A stretch of 64,000 bases of DNA from positions 2,571 through 66,570 of the forward strand of contig JASEIC010000001.1 in NCBI GenBank assembly GCA_030017555.1, written 5' to 3'. A program made the position numbers and the translations under genes. Below, piece by piece: positions 47,387 to 56,380 of this stretch (positions within the stretch are counted from its first letter, which is position 1; the number at the start of each line of letters is the position of its first letter). The DNA comes from Patescibacteria group bacterium (GTDB lineage Bacteria; Patescibacteriota; Minisyncoccia; UBA6257; GWB1-50-10). The notes beneath the pieces were generated by a model. That model was not told the DNA's origin. It was given only the letters and a program-made list of their open reading frames with translations, and did not search any database.

Positions 47387-48523
47387 ATGCCACAAGATCC
47401 TTTTTCTCAATCAAAATGGTCCGACCAAAATCAATCGTTAGGAACAGGCGAAGGCGAATCGCCTCTTATGACTCCGGGAACGCCTTCTCCTAAAATTGAT
47501 GTTCGGACTATGGCTTCGGACATAAAATCAACGCAAGAATCTGGCGGCGGCACACCTCATCCTTACACGCCGCCACCACCACCTGTTAAAACCGAGAATA
47601 TTAACGCCGAATCATCAAATTTAAGAATTGAACAAAAACCAGCAGATAAAAAACCCAATGATTCTATTTTTAGACCGCCCGAAGCACCGGTAACGCCCGC
47701 GCCAACAATAATTTCAAAAACATTTCCCGGCGGACAATTAAAATCAAAGAAAAAAACATTGCTTTGGATTATTATTGCGGTTGTTGTTATCGGTCTTGTT
47801 ACTCTTGGCTATTTTGTTTTGTATCCTGTTTTATATCCAATGTTCTTTCCAAAAAGCCCGATTGTGGTTGAAAATTCGATTCCGACACCAATAATACCTG
47901 CGCCAACACCAGAGCCAGAGCCTGCGCCAATTCCCATAGAAATACAACCAATTCCCGAACCGCTAATCACTCACACTTCTTTATTTAAAGAAACGGCTGA
48001 TCTTACAACTGAAATTTCTCTGCCTAGTCTTTCGCTTCAAGATTTGAAAGCTTCAATAGAATTTGCCACGGCTGACGTTCCAATACTAAAAGAAATCGTA
48101 CTAAAAGACAGTAATAATAACTTAGTTAACGCTGAAAAAATAATGGGGCTTTTTGATTCATCTACGTTTTCAAGCCCTGCCATGCAAAACTTCGATCAAG
48201 ATCCAACCATATTTTCTTATACAAACAATCAAGGAACATGGTTAGGCATTGTTTTAAAACTAAGCTCTAGCGCATCAATCAACGCGGTGAAAACAGATAT
48301 AAATAAAATAGAAACAAATAACAACGCAACCAATTTCTTCTTAACAGACCCGGGAAAATCATCAACCTGGAAAGACGGCAAGGTTAATAATTATCAAGCT
48401 CGTTATATTGGATTTTTAAAAACGGGAGCCGCTCTAAGCTACGCCTGGGTCAATGATCAGTTCCTCCTTATAAGCACAAATTATGCAGGAGCCCAAGAAG
48501 CTACAAAACTTTTAGGTTTTTAA
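47387..48523 (+). CDS. Proline-rich single-pass membrane protein
   Basis: Pro-rich N-terminus with VRTMASD, one TM, PEPEP linker, globular C-terminus. Confidence 0.65.
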   Translation: MPQDPFSQSKWSDQNQSLGTGEGESPLMTPGTPSPKIDVRTMASDIKSTQESGGGTPHPYTPPPPPVKTENINAESSNLRIEQKPADKKPNDSIFRPPEAPVTPAPTIISKTFPGGQLKSKKKTLLWIIIAVVVIGLVTLGYFVLYPVLYPMFFPKSPIVVENSIPTPIIPAPTPEPEPAPIPIEIQPIPEPLITHTSLFKETADLTTEISLPSLSLQDLKASIEFATADVPILKEIVLKDSNNNLVNAEKIMGLFDSSTFSSPAMQNFDQDPTIFSYTNNQGTWLGIVLKLSSSASINAVKTDINKIETNNNATNFFLTDPGKSSTWKDGKVNNYQARYIGFLKTGAALSYAWVNDQFLLISTNYAGAQEATKLLGF

Positions 48524-48524
48524 C

Positions 48525-49286
48525 TTGTCTCTTAATGAAATAAAATCCTGGGATAAAGCCGCAAAAGAATACAACGATTTTATTCAGAAAGGCGATGTGT
48601 TTCGCGCGCAACTTCTAGACGGGGTTGTTCTTAAACTTCTTGGCGATTTGAACGATAAAAAAATTCTCGATGCGGGTTGCGGTCAAGGATATTTCTCTAA
48701 AATGCTTTCCGACAAGAAAGTTAAAAAAGTGGTGGGCGTTGACGGATCAGAAAATCTTATCAAATTAGCAAAAAGTAATTATCCGGAAAATGAAAAATTG
48801 CAATTTTTCATACAAAATCTCAAAAACCCGCTACCCTTCAAAAATAATGAATTTGACATTATTGTCTCGAATTTAACGCTTATGGATTTTGATCCAATTG
48901 ATGCCGCGATAAGCGAATTTGCTCGCATACTCTCTCCTCAAGGTTGTTTAATTTTTTCAATTCTTCATCCTTTATTTGCAAATGGTTATTTGCACAAAAG
49001 CATAAAAGAGACAGTTTTTCACAAGCCGCCTCACTATGCAATATCAAATTACGCCACGCCTTTTCAAAAAAAATGGCGTATCCAAGGAATTACCCACGCC
49101 ACAACAATCTATCACCGTCCGATTGAATATTATTCCAATGCGCTTTCTTTGCACTCGTTTGTCATCTCACAAATCCAAGAGCCCACATTTTCAAAAAGCA
49201 TAATTCAAGGCAAAAATAATTTTATAAAACTGTCTGCTGAAATACCGCAATTTCTTGTTATAAAAGCTCTAAAAGCGCAAAATTAA
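48525..49286 (+). CDS. Class I SAM-dependent methyltransferase
   Basis: ILDAGCGQG, VGVDGS, FDIIVS, HP.F. Confidence 0.9.
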   Translation: MSLNEIKSWDKAAKEYNDFIQKGDVFRAQLLDGVVLKLLGDLNDKKILDAGCGQGYFSKMLSDKKVKKVVGVDGSENLIKLAKSNYPENEKLQFFIQNLKNPLPFKNNEFDIIVSNLTLMDFDPIDAAISEFARILSPQGCLIFSILHPLFANGYLHKSIKETVFHKPPHYAISNYATPFQKKWRIQGITHATTIYHRPIEYYSNALSLHSFVISQIQEPTFSKSIIQGKNNFIKLSAEIPQFLVIKALKAQN

Positions 49287-49349
49287 AAGCTTAAAAATAA
49301 ATACTTATAAACATTGACAAGGCCTAGCGGCTCGGCTAATTTTATTCGT

Positions 49350-49691
49350 ATGATGATAAACGAAAAAGAATTGAATGAATTTGAAGAACAGTTGCGTAAA
49401 GAGGCTGAAAAAACAGAAACCCATCTTCAAAAGTTTGAACAAAATGTCGATTTCGGCAACGATGTCGACCATTTTGACGAAGAAGCTGATGAAGCGGAAG
49501 AATTTGCAAACCGCTTGGGCTTAAGGAAAGTTCTTCAAGAACGATTAAAAAGAATATACGAAGCGTTAGATCGAATTAAAAAAGGAATTTATGGCGTTTG
49601 TGAAAAATGTAATGGTGAAATATCATCAAAACTTTTAAATATAGATCCGGCGACAAATTATTGTCAGAAGTGCAAACAGCTGGTTTTATGA
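49350..49691 (+). CDS. TraR/DksA C4 zinc-finger protein
   Basis: ALDRIKKGIYGVCEKC..I...L..P...CQKC; likely start at 49350. Confidence 0.85.
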   Translation: MMINEKELNEFEEQLRKEAEKTETHLQKFEQNVDFGNDVDHFDEEADEAEEFANRLGLRKVLQERLKRIYEALDRIKKGIYGVCEKCNGEISSKLLNIDPATNYCQKCKQLVL

Positions 49692-51223
49692 AATCCGTTC
49701 CAAAAATCTACTCGGCCGAACTAAACGGAATCCAAGCCGAGCTCGTAGAAGTGGAGGCCGATTTAAATGTCGGTCTCCATTCTTTTCAAATAGTTGGATT
49801 GGCCGATAAAGCTGTTTCTGAAGCAAAAGAAAGAGTAAATTCGGCTTTGAAAAATTGCGGCATTAAACCGCCCACCAAAGAGAATCGCCGAATTACTATT
49901 AATCTTGCTCCAGCTAATACCAAAAAGGTTGGTTCGCGTTTTGATCTTCCAATTGCCCTTGCGTATCTTTTGGCTAGCGATCAATTAAAGCCTTTTGAAA
50001 CTAAAGATAAAATTTTCGTCGGCGAATTATCGCTTGACGGTTCTCTCCGAGAAGTAAGCGGTTGTCTCTCAATTGCCATTGAAGCGAACCACAAACATAT
50101 AAAATATGTTTTTGTGCCCGAAGCAAACGCAAAAGAAGCGGCAATAATTGAAAATATTGAAGTTATTCCTGTTAAACATTTAAAAGATTTAATCGAGCAC
50201 TTGGAGAATTTTAAAAACATACCTCCCGAGCCAAAAACAAAAATTGAATTAAAATTTCCGCCAACCATTACAAGCATTAGCGAAGTAAAAGGTTTAGAAG
50301 TTGCAAAACGAGCTCTTCTTATTGCCGCAAGCGGCGGTCACAATATTATAATGTCGGGTCCGCCCGGCACCGGCAAAACCATGCTTGCCCAAGCCTTAAC
50401 TTCAATACTTCCTCCGCCAACAAAAGAAGAATGTATTGAAATCACGCAAATTTACAGCGCGGTAAGATTAAATACCGATACGCCATTTATTAGTTGGCGT
50501 CCTTTTCGCGCTCCTCACCATAGCGCTTCTTTAACCGCGGTTATGGGTGGCGGGTCAAATCCCCAACCCGGAGAAATCAGCTTAGCTCATCGCGGCGTTT
50601 TATATCTAGACGAGATTCCGGAATTTCACAGAGATGTTTTGGAAGGATTAAGACAACCCTTGGAAGAAGGGAAAATTCACGTGGCTCGCGCTAAAAAATC
50701 GCTAATTTTCCCGGCTCACTTTATGCTTGTCGCTTCCATGAATCCTTGTCCTTGCGGTTATTTTGAAGATCCGCAAAAAGAATGCCGCTGCACGGCTAAC
50801 GAAGTTCTTCGATACCAAAAAAAAATTTCCGGACCACTTCTTGATCGTATTGATATTCAAATTGACGTGCCTCGAATACCTATTGAGGAATTAAGAAAAG
50901 ACAGAAAACCGAGCGATGAAAATATTTTCCGCGAAAAAGTTTCCAGGGCGCGCGAAATTCAAAAACAAAGATTCAAGGAAATAAAACCGAAGATACACTC
51001 AAATACCGAGATGACTTCAAAACAAGTTGATAATTTTATAAAATTAGAGCCGCAAGCAGAAACGTTTTTGAAACGAACGTTGGAGAAAACTTTTATTTCC
51101 GCGCGCGGTTATTACCGAACATTAAAAGTCGCTCAAACAATCGCTGATCTTGAAAATTCCATAACAATAAAAACCGAACATTTGGCTGAAGCTTTTCAAT
51201 ATCGATTAAAAACCTACGAATAA
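49688..51223 (+). CDS. comM: YifB/ComM Mg-chelatase-like AAA+ ATPase
   Basis: [62 protein letters not shown]. Confidence 0.92.
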   Translation: MKSVPKIYSAELNGIQAELVEVEADLNVGLHSFQIVGLADKAVSEAKERVNSALKNCGIKPPTKENRRITINLAPANTKKVGSRFDLPIALAYLLASDQLKPFETKDKIFVGELSLDGSLREVSGCLSIAIEANHKHIKYVFVPEANAKEAAIIENIEVIPVKHLKDLIEHLENFKNIPPEPKTKIELKFPPTITSISEVKGLEVAKRALLIAASGGHNIIMSGPPGTGKTMLAQALTSILPPPTKEECIEITQIYSAVRLNTDTPFISWRPFRAPHHSASLTAVMGGGSNPQPGEISLAHRGVLYLDEIPEFHRDVLEGLRQPLEEGKIHVARAKKSLIFPAHFMLVASMNPCPCGYFEDPQKECRCTANEVLRYQKKISGPLLDRIDIQIDVPRIPIEELRKDRKPSDENIFREKVSRAREIQKQRFKEIKPKIHSNTEMTSKQVDNFIKLEPQAETFLKRTLEKTFISARGYYRTLKVAQTIADLENSITIKTEHLAEAFQYRLKTYE

Positions 51224-51256
51224 GAATCTCGCCCCGACTTTAGGTCTAAACAAAAT

Positions 51257-52300
51257 TTATTTCAAAGCAAATGGGTTTTTCGCGCCATAAACTTCAAAAT
51301 GAAGATGACAACCAGTTGGCCCGTGAGTGTTGCCGGTATTGCCAATAAGACCTACTTCTTCCCCTTGCGAAACATAATCACCAATCCTCACTGTTACTTT
51401 TCCTAAATGGGCATAACGAGATTTTGTGCCATTTGGATGCTCAATAAAAACAAACAAACCATACCCGTTATTCCATCCGCTTAAACCGTCCCCCAAAGAT
51501 TCGTCCGGCACCACAAGTCCTTCAGCCGCGGCATATACTGGCGCACCGCAACGATTAGCAATATCAACGGCATTAATCTCGTGAAGCACGCCCCAATTCC
51601 AACCTTGAACCGGTAAAACAAAATAGCTCTTTAAATCCGGCAACCTACTACCCAGACGATTTAAAGAACTAATCCGCTTTATATTTTTAACATAAGGAAG
51701 AACAACCAAACTGCCCGGTTCGTTAAAAAGTTTTTGATAATCGGCATTATATTGCTTGATTAAACCTTGATTAACCTCGTATCGACTAGCTACGGCTTCA
51801 AGAGAATCTCCTTCTTTTACCTCATAAAGCGCTCCGGAAACCGGCAAAATTACAAGCTCTTGCCCCGATCGAATACTTGACCCAAGACCGCCGTTGGCTT
51901 CCCGGAGAGTTTCAAGCGATATGCCAAATTGAGCCGCAATATTGGACAAATTGTCGCCGACACGAACACTGTAACGTTTAAGACCTCCTCTTACTTCCAC
52001 AATATTTGTGAGCGAATTAGAAACCCCCATAACCGTACCGCTATCTAACGCCGGTATTTGTCCTTTTCCTCGTTGAAATTCCCCGGTTATCCCGCTTGTT
52101 GTGACAAACGCGGCTTCTTTTTCTAAATTAACTACCGGACCGCCAATATTTAAATTTTCAAAATTTTCGCGCAATAAATTACGGTTATAAAAATCATTAA
52201 CGCTACCCGAAATCGCAATCAAAAAAACAATAAAAACAAGCGACCAGAAATTGGCCGATTGAAATATACGCTTTAAAAAAGCCTGAATTAAAGCTATCAT
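51257..52300 (-). CDS. LysM / M23 peptidase family protein
   Basis: Two LysM domains (YSVRVGDNLS, YEVKEGDSL); AVDIA, YAH, TG.HLHFEV; likely start MIALIQ. Confidence 0.9.
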   Translation of the reverse strand: MIALIQAFLKRIFQSANFWSLVFIVFLIAISGSVNDFYNRNLLRENFENLNIGGPVVNLEKEAAFVTTSGITGEFQRGKGQIPALDSGTVMGVSNSLTNIVEVRGGLKRYSVRVGDNLSNIAAQFGISLETLREANGGLGSSIRSGQELVILPVSGALYEVKEGDSLEAVASRYEVNQGLIKQYNADYQKLFNEPGSLVVLPYVKNIKRISSLNRLGSRLPDLKSYFVLPVQGWNWGVLHEINAVDIANRCGAPVYAAAEGLVVPDESLGDGLSGWNNGYGLFVFIEHPNGTKSRYAHLGKVTVRIGDYVSQGEEVGLIGNTGNTHGPTGCHLHFEVYGAKNPFALK

Positions 52301-52357
52301 TCTCTTATAAACTTGATTATAGCATAACAAGTTAAATATTCAAACCATACTAACAAA

Positions 52358-53188
52358 ATGCGACAAAAATTCGGACAGCATTTTCTTAAAAATAAAATCC
52401 AATTAAAAAAAATCGCGGATGCGCTCGAGTTAAAAGAAAATGATGCGATTATTGAAATTGGTTCGGGCCACGGAGAATTGACCTTTGAAATTATCAGTAC
52501 ATTCAAATCTTTGAACATTAATAATTTTAAAATTTTTGCGATTGAAAAAGATCCGCTTTTGGCAAAAAGATTGAGAAAAAAGATTTTGAATTTAAAGTTC
52601 ACGAACGCGATTGAAATTATAGAGGGCGACGCATTTAAAAAAATTCCTATTATTCTTGAATCCAGAATTCCACTTCATGAAAACTATAAACTTGTCGGCA
52701 ATATTCCATATTATATTACCGGTTTTTTATTCAGGTTTTTGGGCGAATTGGAACCCAAACCAAATATTATTGTTTTTACCGTCCAAAAAGAAGTGGCGGA
52801 AAGGATTGCCGCTAAACCGCCGAAAATGAACATTTTATCAGCCAGTATTTGCTATTGGAGCTTACCCAAAATCATAGATTTCATACCAAAAAAAGCTTTT
52901 TTACCAATCCCAAAAGTTGATTCAGCGATTATTAAACTGGACTGCATAAAAAATAACGCTTCTTTTTTGCGAGAAAAAGAAAATTACTATAGATTCATCA
53001 AACTCTTGTTCAAGCAACCTCGTAAAACTATTTTAAATAACGTTTTAGGAAAAAATAGAAATCTTTCGTTAATCCAAAAAGAACAAATTATAAAAAAAAT
53101 AGACAGCATCAGCATTAATCCGTTAGCCAGACCGCATAATTTGAGTATAGAAAATATTAAAAATCTAAGTCAAATATTGTATAATTAA
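52358..53188 (+). CDS. rsmA: 16S rRNA dimethyladenosine transferase
   Basis: FGQHFL, IEIGSGHG.LT, GNIPYYIT, QKEVAERI, PKVDSA. Confidence 0.95.
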   Translation: MRQKFGQHFLKNKIQLKKIADALELKENDAIIEIGSGHGELTFEIISTFKSLNINNFKIFAIEKDPLLAKRLRKKILNLKFTNAIEIIEGDAFKKIPIILESRIPLHENYKLVGNIPYYITGFLFRFLGELEPKPNIIVFTVQKEVAERIAAKPPKMNILSASICYWSLPKIIDFIPKKAFLPIPKVDSAIIKLDCIKNNASFLREKENYYRFIKLLFKQPRKTILNNVLGKNRNLSLIQKEQIIKKIDSISINPLARPHNLSIENIKNLSQILYN

Positions 53189-53192
53189 TGTA

Positions 53193-53630
53193 ATGAAAAT
53201 GAAACGGAAAAAAATAATTATTTTCTCGTTTATTCTAATATCGGTTATTTTTCTTATTGCTTTGGCTGTTTTTGCAATCCCGGAACAAACAACCGCCCAG
53301 CTTTCTTCTCTTTTTATAAAACCTTTCGGCGGGAGAGTAACGATTACCAATATACCGCCTTTGATACAATGCGGGCTCAGTACAGAAGTTTTTTTAATAC
53401 TGCCAGCCGGTATTTCATCGGCCGGCCCTTTCGTTGCTTTGCCGTCAACTAAACGCTATGGCATTTGGAGCCAATTCTTCGGCGTTGCCCCTTTGCCGCC
53501 ACGCGCCATAAAAGGACTTTATACCCCTTTCGCAATCCCTTGCTTCACCAACACCGCTCCGCCAGCGCCAGCTCCGCCTCCATTTACAACAGCTTTTCCA
53601 ATTATTCTGTTTGGCACCTCGCTTTTCTGA
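53193..53630 (+). CDS. Hypothetical secreted/membrane protein
   Basis: Signal/TM; PFGG..C..C..GTS pattern. Confidence 0.55.
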   Translation: MKMKRKKIIIFSFILISVIFLIALAVFAIPEQTTAQLSSLFIKPFGGRVTITNIPPLIQCGLSTEVFLILPAGISSAGPFVALPSTKRYGIWSQFFGVAPLPPRAIKGLYTPFAIPCFTNTAPPAPAPPPFTTAFPIILFGTSLF

Positions 53631-53634
53631 AAAA

Positions 53635-53772
53635 TGAATCCCTCACCCTCCAAAGATTGTTTAACATAAAAACAAAAAATATTCCTATGAATTACAAGCA
53701 ATTAAAAACAACAAGTTTCAAAACGCTTCTCTGGTCGCGAAGCGACTTTATCTTTGAAAGGTGAGGGATGAA
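53635..53772. mobile_element. Non-coding 130-bp TIR element (MITE-like) with TGAA duplication
   Basis: TGAA[tccctcaccctccaaagat..atctttgaaaggtgaggga]TGAA; TIRs match those at 59825-60120. Confidence 0.75.
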
Positions 53773-54577
53773 ATTTTCACCAACTAAAAAATCAGCGGCT
53801 GTTATCATAATTATCACAAGCATATTTGCTTCGGTTTTTATTATTTTTTCATCGCAAACGCCTCAAGAAAAAGGTTTTTTAAAAATCTCGGCAAACTTAA
53901 ATGACGCGAATCCTTATTTAAATTTTAAAGCTCTTACAAATAACGGATTAACTGAAGCTGCAAAAAAAACCGAAAATAAAGTTTTGACTGATAATTTAAC
54001 CGATCAGCTCATCAACAATTACGGCTATGAAATTCTAAAGCGGAATCCCAGTGGCCCCTTAAACCGGGGTGGCGGACAAAGTCTGACTATGCCTTCTCAA
54101 AATCTTCTTCAAAAATTGCTGGAGGACAAATTAACGCAAAATCTCAAAATAGATTTTTATGAAATCAAAGACTTAAAAATTGGCAACGACAATTCTCTTA
54201 AAGCTGTCCGCGCTTATCTTGAAGTTTTAAACAGCGTCAATAAAAAAAATCTTTTGGTCATAAAAAAATCTCCTTTTGCGATGTTTAATGATTTTTTCCG
54301 CAAAAAAAATCCGGATCAGCTTTATCAGTATCTCGGTTTTTTATCTAGTTATACAACCGACCTTTTGAAAATTTCAGTGCCGTCTTCTTGGCAGGCATTT
54401 CATTTGGAATTATTAAACTTAGAGCAGAAAAAAATTACTATTTATCAAACCCTTGTTAATGCGGAACAAGATCCAGTCAAAGCCCTGATTGCCGCCCAAG
54501 AAATAGAAAAAATTGACCAAGAAGAACTCGATTTAGCCACGGTTTTACAAGAAAAATTAAAGGACTTAAATATTTAA
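53768..54577 (+). CDS. Hypothetical single-pass membrane protein (T4SS-linked)
   Basis: N-terminal TM; NLT..L and VP....HL.LLN..DPVKAL helical motifs. Confidence 0.65.
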   Translation: MKFSPTKKSAAVIIIITSIFASVFIIFSSQTPQEKGFLKISANLNDANPYLNFKALTNNGLTEAAKKTENKVLTDNLTDQLINNYGYEILKRNPSGPLNRGGGQSLTMPSQNLLQKLLEDKLTQNLKIDFYEIKDLKIGNDNSLKAVRAYLEVLNSVNKKNLLVIKKSPFAMFNDFFRKKNPDQLYQYLGFLSSYTTDLLKISVPSSWQAFHLELLNLEQKKITIYQTLVNAEQDPVKALIAAQEIEKIDQEELDLATVLQEKLKDLNI

Positions 54578-54580
54578 TTT

Positions 54581-56374
54581 ATGCTAAAAACGCAAAAAAT
54601 AATTACTATTTTCCTTGTTATTTCAGTTATAACCGCCGGCTTTTTCTTTCCTTTTCAAATAAAAGAGGCTAAAGCGGACATTGCCGGTGATTTTACGAAA
54701 CATTGTGTTGGCGACTTACTTTTTGATATAGGGTTGGAGTTAGGTCTTGGTAATGTCATTACTAAAATTGAAGAATTTCTTTCGCCAGGATCAGTGCCTT
54801 CAAGTGATGCAAATACTAAAGCGGAGCTAAGAAGATTTGAGCTTAAAGAATGTTTTAGGCGCTTAAAAGATCTGGCAATTGTTGCGGCCCACAATTATTT
54901 GAAAAAACGGCTTTTAGACCGGCTTGTTGACCAGACTGTTCAATGGATTCAAAACGGCGACGAACCAAGATTTGTCAGTGACTTTGACGAATTTCTTAAA
55001 GACGCGCACCAAGCGGCCGTTGGCGATACGCTTCGCGATATTGGTTTGGCAAAATTATGCGATGGGACTTTCGGAGCAAAATTAGAGCTTACTTTGGGAA
55101 AACGCGAACCGAGAAAGCTGACCCGAGACGTTACCTGCACATTAGATCAGGTTGTAGGCAATATTAATGCTTTTCGCAATGACTTTCAAAAAGGCGGCTG
55201 GCTTGGCATTCAAGAGGCCGCAAATCCAAGAAATAATATCTTTGGTTTAAAACTCATGGTTGTGGACAGAACAATCCGAGAAATTAGTATAAAACAAGAA
55301 ACAACTAAAGCTGAAGTCGCGGCAACCGGAATTAAGCCCCAAAAAAAATGTCTTGAATACACACTACTGGACAAAAAAACAGACGCTATTCTTAGACCAG
55401 GAGACTTTCATCCAATTGGCTCTGGCGGCTCTGATATGCTTGTGGGTCTAAATCCTACACCAGCTAATGCTGACGGCACGCCGCCAAGTCTATATGATGT
55501 AGCTATTAATTCCGGCCGCGCTTATTGGCGCTGTTCTAATGAACAAATAATAACTCCGGCTAACACCATAGCCGCAATAATAGCTAAAACCGGGGGCTTA
55601 GATTATGATTATATTTTAAACAGCGAAGATGTTTCTTCTTATTTTTCAGTTATATCTGACGCATTAATCAATCGGCTTACCACTGAAACCGGCAAGGGTT
55701 TGCGCGGTCTTTTTAAAGGCGGCGGCAGTCCTTCGCGAGGCGACGCAGGGTATCGCAACACTGATTATATAGACAGTAATACCGCTACTGCAATCCAAAA
55801 CTACGAAGGCACACTTACTGAAAATTATGAACTTAGCCCTGCCACAATAACCGCCAGTAAAGATGGTATGCTTGCCGCGATTGCTAAAGCCACTTCTTCT
55901 ATTGCAAATGCAGGAATAAATCTTAATACCGCAACACCAAAAAGATTAGAATTACTTCATTTGCTTTCTAACACGGCATTGAAGCCGGGTTGGGGCCTTA
56001 TTCAATGCATAAATCATATTGCAAATGTACACTCGCCCTTCACTTATGCAAGCGATCCGCCTATTGGACCAGACGTCCAAAGCACTTATGATTCTTACAA
56101 CACAGGCGGCGCTAACGCGCAAATTATTACGTCTTTAACAAATCAAATCGCGCCGCTTAATACTTCGGCAAACACCTTAAAAACCCAGGTAACAAACGCG
56201 GTTACTTCAGCAGATATTACGGCTTTAATACCTAAAGTAAATTCGCTTCTTACTGACGCTAAAAGTCTTGAAACAAATTCTCAATCAATCTTAAACGGGT
56301 TAGTAGAATTAGTAGCAACCGCCACAAATCAACGTCGGGACTGCAATGATTTTGATAGCGAATTTGATTCATAA
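54581..56374 (+). CDS. Secreted hypothetical protein upstream of the VirB6-like gene
   Basis: Signal peptide (KEAKA); WIQNG..PRFV, CTL, DFQKGGW, P.NN, ITP motifs; helical C-terminus. Confidence 0.65.
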   Translation: MLKTQKIITIFLVISVITAGFFFPFQIKEAKADIAGDFTKHCVGDLLFDIGLELGLGNVITKIEEFLSPGSVPSSDANTKAELRRFELKECFRRLKDLAIVAAHNYLKKRLLDRLVDQTVQWIQNGDEPRFVSDFDEFLKDAHQAAVGDTLRDIGLAKLCDGTFGAKLELTLGKREPRKLTRDVTCTLDQVVGNINAFRNDFQKGGWLGIQEAANPRNNIFGLKLMVVDRTIREISIKQETTKAEVAATGIKPQKKCLEYTLLDKKTDAILRPGDFHPIGSGGSDMLVGLNPTPANADGTPPSLYDVAINSGRAYWRCSNEQIITPANTIAAIIAKTGGLDYDYILNSEDVSSYFSVISDALINRLTTETGKGLRGLFKGGGSPSRGDAGYRNTDYIDSNTATAIQNYEGTLTENYELSPATITASKDGMLAAIAKATSSIANAGINLNTATPKRLELLHLLSNTALKPGWGLIQCINHIANVHSPFTYASDPPIGPDVQSTYDSYNTGGANAQIITSLTNQIAPLNTSANTLKTQVTNAVTSADITALIPKVNSLLTDAKSLETNSQSILNGLVELVATATNQRRDCNDFDSEFDS

Positions 56375-56380
56375 AATTCT

